A stretch of DNA of 61,648 nt, counting the filler, from Sphacelaria rigidula (lineage: Eukaryota): assembly GCA_964200075.2 (NCBI GenBank). It is 6 parts of 6 records of this genome, joined end to end, with 100 filler letters (N's around TTAATTAATTAA, not from the genome) between each part and the next. Parts side by side here need not be neighbours in the genome. Positions count along the whole stretch, not along the records: positions 1 to 10,193 come from CAXNAA020006959.1; positions 10,294 to 20,485 come from CAXNAA020006960.1; 4 more parts are not named here. One strand, 5' to 3'. A program made the position numbers and the translations under genes. Position 1 is the stretch's first letter. Each line of letters starts with the position of its first letter. The notes under the pieces were generated by a model. It was not told the DNA's origin. It did no database searches and saw only the letters and a list, made by a program, of their open reading frames with translations. Positions 1-10,539 of the stretch are shown here, one piece after another.

Positions 1-68
1 CAGTTATGATCATCGCCTCCGTGCACGTTTTTGGCCGGTTTTGGGGGGGGTCTATCTCGGCAGCAGTC
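1..68. mobile_element. Right end of a GACT...AGTC MITE (same family as 47626-47873)
   Basis: Near-identical to 47807-47873; similarity stops exactly at the TIR end ...ctcggcagcagtc. Confidence 0.85.
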
Positions 69-209
69 AGTGTTGCGACCGGAGTAGCAGAAACATAAAT
101 GAGGGGGAGGGTGCGTACGGCACGATTGCAGCGTCCGACTTCAACGGGAAAGCAACAAAAGGACCACCTCTGCACCAACAAAACTCAAAGGATATCACAC
201 ATGGTTCAC

Positions 210-3200
210 CTCCGGCTTGTCATCATCTCTACGCACAAGCTCCTCACCAGTCTCGTCATCCTTCCCTCGCTCCTGTTCGAATGAGGAAGCAGCACCAGGA
301 TGGCCATTATTAGCCGAGAACGCCAGGGTACGGTGGGTTACGTACGTGGCAGGACAACACACCCTTCCCTTTCCCCTTGATCGTCCCCTGTAACAAAACA
401 TTTCACTCTGGACTTCCTTGGAGGCAGCAGAGGAAATGCCGTCGGAAACTAGTGTAGCTGGAAATATGTCGCCGGTATCTACTTACGTACGAGATCACTC
501 GCCGTGGAGAGCATTCCCTGTTGAGAAATTCGAAGCACGTTCTCACCATAGGTTACGCGGTACAGGCTGGTTTACGGTTTTGACCCAAAACTCGCTCATC
601 CGCAAATGTTCACGCCCACTCTTGGAGTCAGACTCAAGAAACTTGCATACATATACTATGGGGTATTTCGAAACTTGTACGGAGTTTTTTTTGGTTTTCT
701 CGCCGGTTATCGGCGGTCGCAGGTTCCTGCGGGATGACATGCCAATCTTGGACCCCCGAAATCTGTCGAAGAAAAAAGTACAATACATTCGTTAAGAGTT
801 CCGAAATGCCCCATAGCATCTGTGCGCAATTCCTCAGAGTCCAACTCCAAGGATCGGCGTGAAACATTCTGTTGTGCAACAAAGTGGGCTTGAAAGGTAC
901 AAACTCCCAACAACTTCATTTGAGTACTACATGGAATGACTTTTCCGGGTACGATTGACGTTAAAACGACCCGAGTTCACCAGTGTTTCGGTTACGCAAT
1001 GACACTTCGTACAAATGTACCCTGAACTACGCCGGGACACAGTGTATTTGTTCCTTATTTTCAGGGATTATGTACCGACTTACGGGGGGGGGGTCTTCAC
1101 GTGGGGACCCCCGGAATCCGGCGAAGGGTGAAGAAACGTTGAAATATTTCAGCAGATTATTTTTCTCTTTGGAGCATCAATACCTACCGAACTGCCAAGT
1201 TTGAGGGCGGTCGGAGCTGTCCCACGATAGGTATGAGGGATATAATCAGGAGGCTTGCTGGGTTAATGGTGCGTATGATTAATGGAAATCCGACGACGCC
1301 AAAGCCCCACTTCACGGAAATACCACGATTTTCGGCATAATTCTATGCCATCGACGCCGTTTTGTAATGGTTTCTTTCTGTCGGGTTCTCGAACTGATGG
1401 CGGTTGCTACAAAGTGAAGCTTGTGGAGATCAAGTAGAAATTGAGTTGGAACTGTGTCTTTGCTATTTCAGAACAATTCCAAGGCCGCTGATCAGTCGAA
1501 GTACCTGTTCGCCCTTACTTCGTCCGTTGCGCCACCACTGTGGCGTTGAACAAATTCCGGCCATATCACCATCTTCAGTTGTCCATGGCGGTCAGTAAGA
1601 TACCATTTATGCGACAATTGAGTAGGTATCGCGGACGGCATTCAACATGGGATCTTACAAATTGGGGATGGATCTTTTATTGGGGAAGAGAAACTCGGAG
1701 ACTTAAAATATTCGTCTCCACACCAAATTTTCGAAATATGGTTCCATTTTTTCACCCACTGACAGCTATTGACAACTGCTACACGCCATAGTTTTTTTTT
1801 ATTTCTATCACCGAAATGTTGGGGTCCTACATGAAAAACTTATCTCAGAACCATTTTGGCGTCCGTTGGGACACCCAAAATCCCCCCAAATTGGTTTTCA
1901 CCTAGGATCCCAGCATTTCGGTGTATCCAAATCCAAATTTTCATAGCGTATAGCAGTTGTCAATAGCTATCAGTAGGTGAAAGAATGGAACCATATTTCG
2001 AAGATTTGGTGTGCATACGAATGTTTTAATTCTCTGGGTTTCTCATTCCCAATTTGTAACATCCCGTGTTATTTTCTGATCAGCGGATGTGGGGTCGAAA
2101 GCGTGAACCAGCCGGTATATATATGAAGAAGAAAATGTGATTACACAGTTACTGTGTGGAACTACAGAAGCCGTGCTGCCAGTAATCTGTACGTATTTTT
2201 TCCATCCAGTGCAACGTTTTGTTGGTATACATGAACATACACGTGCAAAACGTTCAACCTCCACATGAGGTGTTCAGTATTTCAGAGCGGCAAATCCAGA
2301 GCCGTCTACCTGTTAACAGCACAGAAGGTATGGCAAGAAGTGTAGCATGAGTTGAGCGGGGTATCAACTGGGGCGACAGCGAAGTCGACCTCGACCTCAT
2401 CGTATATCCGAAAGCGTCATCTCTGGTTCGCAGAAACCCTTCTCCCGTAGGACGAAACACGTCTTTCGAAGCGCATCATGGTCGGACGGTTGGCCACACG
2501 AGGGCCCAAGGGGGCCGGCCGGCCTTTCATACACTGGGCGAACCAGTAGGAGAGCCTGCGTGCGCTCAGGATTGTTTCACGCAAGGGAGACCACAGGAAA
2601 TGCTTCGTGGACGACACAGAGGTCAAAGACTGACAAGACTGGGTCACCGCCGCGGAGGACGTGGGCAACTGGCACATGGGGGTCGAGAAGGTGGAGGAGT
2701 TCGAGGCGGCGGGGCGACGCGAAGACTTACACCAATCGGACCTACACTACGAGCAAAAGACTGTTGCGGTGAGAGCTGCCAACAGCGGAGCCGGCATCGC
2801 TGACGCGACACTCACAGTAACAGCTCGCGAGAAATTCAGGATGGGAATGGTCGAGAGAGTGACTCGCAATGCATGCGACTAGGAATAAGTCAGAGTGGCG
2901 GGGGTAACAAGAAGCTGATGGACCCCTGTCTAATCGGCTATTGACTTCTTTTCTTGGCTCGCAACCTCAAAAGATATTTTTAGCTGTGTTCGTGAGCATG
3001 CTCTGCGTCTCTTGGTTGCAGGAGCGAGACACTAAGACGACGGCATTAGGAAAAAACAATAGCGACAATAACAAAGCAAAGAACAAGAGGAGATAACAGG
3101 AGACAAAGAGAGGAGAGAAGCAAGGGAAACGAGAGAAAAGATGAACAAAACAGAATATCGGGAAAGTGAAGAAGAGGAGGACCCTAGAGACAAAGCACGG

Positions 3201-6200
3201 GATCGCAGCTACAGAACGAAGTCAACGACCGACAGGACAAGACGAAAGTAGATGATTTCCGTACTCTCCCGGCTCCCCCTGCTCATCCTTAGTCAGGGGC
3301 AGAGCGGGCTGCTCTCCGGCCATGTCCATCCTAGTTGCCCCGTGTTGTTGCTGTCGTCGGGCTAGCTGTGGAGATGGCGGAGCTACTACTAGCTGTGGAG
3401 GCTTTGCATCGCCATGCCTCCTCGAACCCCATCGCCCCTTTTTCGGTCCCTACGAGCCACTTTCTCACGTTTTTTCGCGGTGGTGACCTAGTCCTGGGAA
3501 TACTGTGACACTGTAGAAAAACCCTTTTCTTCCGTTGTCCCTTGCGTGAGATAGCCCCCAAGGCCCGCAGATTATCCTGAAGGCGACCTCTGCAGTATTC
3601 GACAGGCCGGTCAGCCTCCATGGTTCGTTTTGCGGTCAGCCGCCCGAGCATGATGTGCTTCGCAACGCGTGTTTTGTTCTGTCGGGTAACAGCCCCCGCG
3701 AAGCAAAGTTGACGCTTGAGGATAGTCATCTCGATACGCTTGCATGAGATCATCTCCAGCACAACTCCATACGAGAGAGTCGTGTGTCTACTGTGATCCT
3801 GCGGAAGCCAACTGCTCGCAGTAAAAGCTTATGGTGGACAGTGCGCGGACGTTCAAAGCCATCTCGGCGCCGCGTCCACGTAGCACATCTGTGCAGCATA
3901 GTTTTCACCACCTTCGCTTTCAGCTGGATGGATTTAGAGGCAATGCCTAGGGTTCGTCAGATTGTAGAGTTGGGAACTATACCCCAAGAGGCGTGTCTAC
4001 GCAGCACTGATGCGGCGCTAAATTTTGACGTGAGTATTCGCCTATGCGCCAGGGTTGACAAACTTGGCCGTCTCCTGATACCGTTGGCCTGCCGCTTTGA
4101 TGTTCAGTGCGGTATCTGGAGGTGCCTGCTGCCTACAGGCGCATTAACAGCCTTATTCTCCAGTACCGGTAGTCCAACTCCTGACTAGCCACTGTCATAG
4201 CCATGACCCTAGCAAACCCATCAGGGGACACTAGGGCTATGCCTCATCGTCCGCGTGCAGCATTGCTCCATATCGAGGCATACTCTCTCCAGCGGCGTCC
4301 CCTCTCTAGTGCTTTGGTGGAGGTACCATCCTCACTGTTTGGTGCATCACCTAGGTATAGAAAAACTGAGATAATGACTGGATTCGTTGTGAAACGCGTG
4401 ATTCCGTCGATCGATACTGTGTGTTTTTGTGTGTGTTGTCATCCCATCTATTCTGGGCGCCAACACGTTTCGGTATATGTGGGCGCATCAGCCAGGGTCA
4501 CACAGGAGGGAGGCCAACAACACAAGAGTTTTTTATTGTGTTCCTAGTACGCCACCTTCCTTTTGCGGTACTCGCCTTATTTTTGTTATCGCTAGAGGGG
4601 TTCAGCGGTCCCGCTCCCTCGTCGACCGTGACGTCGAAGTAAAGTGTGTACCCACGACATAGGCAGTCGCTCTCCACTGTTGGGCATTGCGTGAGGAAGA
4701 ATCCCAGGTCGTGTGACTGCACCGAGATTCGAACCCACGATCCAACCGTCAGAAGGTTTCGAGGTTACCAACTGAGCCACCGGGGCGACCGATTGATGCT
4801 GCGCCGAGGATATTGAACAGCAGTGGACACGAAAAGCACCCTCGCCTAACTCCCCCCTGACTGACGTGAAGCCACTCCGGCAGTTCGCCATCATCCAGCT
4901 GTACCGCCATTCGCATGTCAACGTGGAAAATACGGATAATCGAAGATGCTTCGTGGTGGGATTCCGAAACGGACATTCGTTTTCCACAGGAGCGTGCGGT
5001 CTCCAGAGTCGTACGCTTTCTTCACGTCGATCGAGCACCTGTTCCGTGGGATATTGCTCACGCGTCGTACCTCCTATAATCGGCGTACCACGAACATCAT
5101 GCCGGTGGTCGATCGTCAGCGCCGTGATCCGCACTGTTGTTGCGGGAAAGTTCCTGCCTCCTCGCAGGAACTACTGAACATGTTAGCTGCGGTTCTGAGA
5201 AGAACTTCACCAGCATGCGCCACGAGGGAGATGCCCCTATACTTACCACACTCGGGCCTATTCCTCTTCTTGAGCAGCACTTTGATGGTGGCGTAACTCC
5301 ACTCCGGCGCGTCCCCAGTTCCGATGTACGCCTCCAGTTCCTTCGCTAAGACATGCAGGTTCGTATCCAAGCCAGCTTCGATCCCCCTTTTGAGCCTTCT
5401 GCACGCTGCTCGCAAGGTACGTCATGCGGGAATGTGTCTCAGCCCTGTTCATAACCACAGCATCGCCCTTCCTGTTCGTTCAAGGCCTCCTCAAACTCGG
5501 CCCGGATCACAGCATCCTCCTTCCACGCTTGCACGCAGAACAGCTTGGTCGAACATGGCATGTTCATCTTGACGGATCTCAGCAATGACCTTGCCGGCGA
5601 AATTCGCAGCTAGTTCTCTCACTGTATCTCCGGGTTCGCCCTATTTAAGCGCGCTAACGACAAAATGTACGAGTTGCTCTCAGCAGCCGATGTCAGACGG
5701 TGCTGCTCGTCTATCTATGGAAATGAGCCCGGTGTGGAATTCGCCATGATTGGTGCGTGCGAATCGCTCAAGAAATGCGCTGTGGCGTACACCATACTGT
5801 GATGTGAGTCCGGCGAGTTGGGCGATTCGATGTGGACGGTGACAGTTCAAACAAACCGGCGGCCGACTTGCCGTGTGACGATGTTGCAAATAAGTGCCAT
5901 GTCCGCGGGACGGTTGCAGTACCGTTGAACGTGTGCAGCATGCCTCCCTCGGGGATAGATAAAACCGTTTTCACGGGGGCAAGCCTGTTGTTGCCTGTGA
6001 CTTGTAGCAAAGCAGTGCCATTGGTGTCTGAGTCCTGCGAATCCCTGCTGTACGTCCCTACTACTTCCCGATTCTACTACCCTGTCTTCACCACAGTCCG
6101 ACCGTTAGTCTTCATCAAAACGGCCAGGTGGTCGTTGGTGAGAACTCGCTTCGTGATGCTGTCCAACTCAGTCCATAATATGTCCCAATTATCTCTTGAT

Positions 6201-7675
6201 CTGGCCGTGTCTACAGCGGCGTAGGCAACAGCAAACGCGACAGCGTTCAAATTGTCTCCTACGTTGAACGTCATCGACATGAGACGTTCGCTGATGACCG
6301 CCATAAAATGTGTCCACGTTACCTTGTTGACGGTCAACTCCTTGACCATCACCCCAACCTCTTGTTCTCCAGCCCTTCCCATGTTCCCTTTCACTCCACA
6401 GCGAATAACGCGGTGTCTCACGGAAGCGATATCAGCTCGGCTCGGTCTCCTTGTCCCGTGCAGTCTAATGACGTCACAACCTACCCCTTCGCGCTTCAGC
6501 AACACCATCTCAGGACGAACATCCTTCTTTTGTCTAGTAAGGGACGATGTACGGAAGTTGTTATGTTGCCACGGTGAGCTCCCCGATGCGGGGTTCACCT
6601 CTAGCTTTATCTGCAGCTGTGAACTTTACTCTTCGTTTTCCCCTCCAATGTATAATCCTCGCTGGAAGATCTGCGAGAGATCTTCCCAACGACACAATAA
6701 TAGGGGGCGTAGCCGCCGCAGTGTTACCGGACCATCCAGCTTGGGTTTCGAATCGCACCTGGAAAACCTTACCATGACCTACCGTACCTTGCAAAAGAGA
6801 AGGAACAAACAAAATGCTTCAGACACACACAGACAGGCTCGAGTTAGAAAAACATCGGACAAACCTTCGGCGGTCGGTAGGAGTACGCATACACTCTGCC
6901 AGATGCGGGGTGTATCCAACGGTCGCTCAGCCGATCCACGATAACTCCCCTCGGCACGTCGAGGTTGATCACCATGTCTATAGGCATGTGCTCCTTTAGG
7001 GCTATCGCTTGAGAAGTTGATCTGATAGAAATCCGGAGATGCAGACAAGCAACAGCATAATATTGAGGAACAAAATGGAGGAACATAAGTCAACAAAAAT
7101 TGACAACAAATATACCAATTTCGAACGGCTCTATATGAGGGGAGCGTAAGAGTAGCTTGTCAGTATCTTCAGCAATACTGGGTTGCGCTTCAGAATTCTC
7201 ATGAAGCTCGTCCCTTATCTCCATTCACATAACACAAATATTTGGGGGAGTAGGGCTGTCTGTTGCACCACTGTGCGGGAAAATCTTCAAGGTCATCTCT
7301 TGCGCAAACTCATCTTGACCATCACCAGGAAGAAGAGCTAACCAGCCCATAATGCGAGAAAGTCTGAATTGCTGCAACATGATGAAAGGCGATCGTAATT
7401 TTGGAACTTGGTTTGGATGGTTTTCTCGAGGGTGAGCTCCTGCCACGAGGTGTACTGCAGCACATTACATGTATCTGTGGTCGATTACACAGCCCTCTCC
7501 AAAGATGCACATACTCATGGGAAGATACACGGACACACACACGCTGGAGAATGACACGCACCTTGGAAAACCATCAAGCAGGGTATGCTTTCCGCCCCCC
7601 TGGGCTCGACCAACGGCCTGGATCAGAAGCTTGATAATAATGTCGTCGGGAACAAAGGCGCCTCGATCCATGAAA
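210..7675 (-). CDS. adk: Adenylate kinase (long LID type, AK3-like), internal exons only
   Basis: Three GT-AG exons in compatible phase: 7562-7675 (FMDRGAFVPDDIII...LLDGFPR), 6865-7021 (STSQAIAL...VIVDRLSDRWIHPASGRVYAYSYRPPK), 210-272 (ERGKDDETGEELVRRDDDKPE). These carry the LDGFPR, LID and RxDD motifs of adenylate kinases. The P-loop exon and C-terminus were not found in this contig. Confidence 0.92.
1649..2065. mobile_element. Fold-back (long inverted repeat) MITE, family A
   Basis: Arms ~1649-1790 and ~1940-2065 are imperfect reverse complements; related copy at 21447-21818. Confidence 0.8.
2090..2730 (+). mobile_element. Degenerate 3' fragment of a non-LTR retrotransposon (LINE)
   Basis: Translates in part to KRIMVGRLATRGPKGAGRP...W...ESLRAL, paralleling the C-terminus of the minus-strand LINE (HIMLGRLTAKRTMEADRP...DNLRALGA). 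Confidence 0.55.
2975..6785 (-). mobile_element. Near-full-length degenerate RTE-like LINE (APE endonuclease + RT) in the adenylate kinase intron
   Basis: APE remnants (LTVAT.NFRTSSL, GCDVIRLHGTRR, ERLMSMTF...VAYA) at ~6080-6570. RT remnants (YATIKVLLKK...CGKYRGISLVAHAG, QQCG; SQGGVRRGC..PLLFNI) at ~4800-5300. C-terminal region 3400-3760. Many stops and frameshifts; boundaries approximate. Confidence 0.85.
4420..4790 (-). mobile_element. tRNA-derived SINE, inserted into the LINE RT
   Basis: Minus-strand head with A box (TGGCTCAGTTGG) and B box (GGTTCGAATC), and a (CA)n-like tail. Imperfect 11-bp TSD: gatcgatactg (4409-4419) / gattgatgctg (4791-4801). Confidence 0.85.
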
Positions 7676-8084
7676 CTGCAGCGCAACACAACGCGAGAAA
7701 TCCCCCGCCGCACGAAAACGATGGTAAATAACACGATCTGAGAGGGCATACCAGAGAAGGTTGCAACGTCCTTCCCGGTAAAAACGCCTGCTGAAACCAC
7801 GTGATTGTGTATGTCTAACTAATATTACGTGTGAACGCTCCCGTGCAAGCGGGACAACTAGACCTACTCTCAAAATAGTACACTTAACAAACCCCTTCAG
7901 CATCACGTCACTCTGCGACATTTTTCATTTTCGAAAGCTTGATGAGGTAGTGCAATGTTTCCCCATCGCCGTTCACGTTCGACGAGGGCGAGATTCGACC
8001 TTCGACCCCAGCAGTCCGTGCCTGAAAGTGTGCGCGTAATAGACAATACGCGGAGCCTTTAATGGTGGATCTGACACTTTGATT

Positions 8085-8890
8085 CTAAAAAGCGGAAATT
8101 TGATTTTGAAAAACGGAAATTTCAACTACACATGCATACACGCGATGAACACAGGTGACACCAGACTGCAGTACGCACGAAGAGTGTATCTGTTCCCTTC
8201 GGGCTAGCGTTTCTTTGGACCATGTTACTGTAAATGTGTGGCTGTGTATTGCGAAAAACACATAATAACGTAAGGTTGATGAGGTTGTGCAATGATTTTC
8301 AATCACCGTTCATCTTAGACGAGGACAAGATTCCACGTTGACCCAAGTATATGTGCAACACACTCACGTCGAAGCGGTAACGGGATTAGTTTTCCTTTCA
8401 GCGTAAGCGTCCAATCAGTAAGAGCGCAAACAAGAACAAAAAATTGCAGCTTACCGCCCGGCGCTTTTTCCGCAGGCCTTTCTTTGCTTCGATTTCAATC
8501 AACAACAATCATAGACGCTGCGTTTGTTGTTACCTGTTTGCAGCCATCCGTCCGGCGCTTTTTTCGTCGGCCTTCCTGTGTTCCTTAGATTCGATTCCCG
8601 GGGTTCGGGGTTCGGTAAACTCACCACCCGATTTCCCGCGGTTCGGTGAATTTTGGAGCCGAATTTTATCGCCCCTGTCCCGGCCGTCTACTTTTTGATA
8701 AATTGGACTGGCAGTCCTGACGTTTTGATTCTGGAAAACGGAAACTTCGATCTTACAGGCATACACGACCAAGACGCGAAAAAAGCGTCGATACCTCCTT
8801 CAGGCTGGAGTTTTCTTTGGACCGTATATGGCTGTTTGTGTGCAACACACTCAACTTGAAGCGGTGACGCTATTGGTTTTCCTTACAACT
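8085..8890. repeat. Diverged direct repeat pair
   Basis: Blocks ttgatt.tg.aaaacggaaa.ttc and tgtgcaacacactca...gaagcggt.acg occur at ~8100-8400 and ~8720-8890. Confidence 0.55.
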
Positions 8891-9243
8891 GCTGCGTCTA
8901 CGTGACGATTTAAATAATATACATTCGAATTACCTTCCACCGACAATTTGAAGTGAGGCGTGTTCTTGAAAATTAATCATCGCACATGTATTTGCACCCC
9001 AGATTCACTTTTTTGTTTAATTGGACAAGAGAACTTGAGTACCCCCCAGGCGTATGCCTGCACGGGAGGGTTTCCGCGCGACTTGGCGAGCTGATGACCT
9101 ATATACGTATACGCAACAATTTGTGCAGGTGCTCACTGCTATATACACCGGGCTCACTTGCGTTCCAGTGAACCCCCCAAATGATCCGGCTGCATGCATG
9201 GGATCCTGAAACATACCCGAACATTAGGGCGCAGGCTATTCAC

Positions 9244-9365
9244 AGGGTATCCCTGTCTCAAGGGTGAAAGTCTCGTTACAGGGGCATCACGAGCCCCCTG
9301 CGCAGGGCCTACGCAAAGGGATGTCCCTGAAACAGGACTTTTATCCTTGAGACAGGGATAACCCT
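9244..9365. repeat. ~122-bp hairpin / miniature inverted-repeat element
   Basis: agggtatccctgtctcaagg... pairs with ...ccttgagacagggataaccct over ~45 bp. Confidence 0.75.
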
Positions 9366-10193
9366 ACTCAGGTTCTTCACAGTGTATGGACTGTGACTTT
9401 GCACACAGTCCGGTAAACTGGGTCATCCGAGTGCCCTGCGTGATACTATATTCGTGAGATTCAGGATGTAACATCGGATTCAGAGTGAGACCCGAAACAA
9501 TTGACTTCCCCGTCGATTTTGACATCGCCACAGTTCGAGGAGTAATGCGGGGGTCCGTCATTACCACAGTATATGAAGTCGCGTCCTTTCGCTTACTCAT
9601 ATACTATAGCTTCTTCGTGAAATGTCGGATGTTGTATAGGTATATCTTGGAGCGAATTTCAACCACAGGTGTTCATAGAGATGTTGCTCTTTCGAAAGCA
9701 AAATATCGACTTCTGAGCAAACTCCCACTTTTGGAACACGAGTCCACTTTTCCATGTTTCAGTTTTTTTTTTAATCAGAACGCATTGTCTATGATACATT
9801 CGGGTCTTCCGCGTTCTTTACACTTTTAATACGTGGAACAAAATCAAGTGTGTTCCACCCACCGTTCCGCGCTCTCAACGTTCGGGTTCCTTGATAACCT
9901 ATCATGCCACACCCATGCCAGATCTTCCCTCTTCTACTCATCACATATAGCACAGTTTCATAACCGATACACACGTCAAATCTCTGGCTCAACCTCTTGG
10001 TAGGAGTCATTACCTTTACCCTCTCCCAATTTAAATTAATTCCTTTCCACGGCTTTCGTGGAGGATGGGGCCGCCTATAGGCGGCCCCGTCCGATCCTTG
10101 TATATACTAATTTTTTGAACTGTCGAAGGGTTATGGACGGGAAAAGTGAAGGAGCAAAATCCCCGGAGTGCCTACACTCCAAAAAAGGGACGG

Positions 10194-10293
10194 NNNNNNN
10201 NNNNNNNNNNNNNNNNNNNNNNNNNNNNNNNNNNNNNTTAATTAATTAANNNNNNNNNNNNNNNNNNNNNNNNNNNNNNNNNNNNNNNNNNNN
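10194..10293. other. Artificial contig linker (44N-TTAATTAATTAA-44N)
   Basis: Six-frame-stop linker flanked by Ns; identical to the four other linkers. Confidence 0.98.
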
Positions 10294-10539
10294 TGACAAA
10301 CCGCACCGTGACAATCCGCACCGCGGAGCGGATTGTCCTCCGTACACATCCCTGATATTTTCCCCCGCGTCTATTGCTGAAGCAATGGACTATTATTGTG
10401 CCCTGTGCATCTTTTCTAGGCCATTGCCTAAAATAAATCCTACTTGGTTGTAGTGTTGCTCCATTTCCCGGCATCGCCACTTGTAAAGACCGCAACGGGT
10501 TACACTATCTCATCGGTGTCTCACCATTCGAACAGTGAA

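Noticed and set aside
4715-4790. Functional tRNA gene (also 20586, 31950, 60930)
   Set aside because: The acceptor stem does not pair properly, and wherever the flank is visible the head is attached to the same body and tail, so it is a SINE.
6252-6944. 230-aa plus-strand ORF
   Set aside because: Antisense to the LINE endonuclease and an adenylate kinase exon.
9158-9206. Possible extra adenylate kinase exon (cag...gtgag, minus)
   Set aside because: No frame resembles the missing P-loop or NMP-binding sequence.
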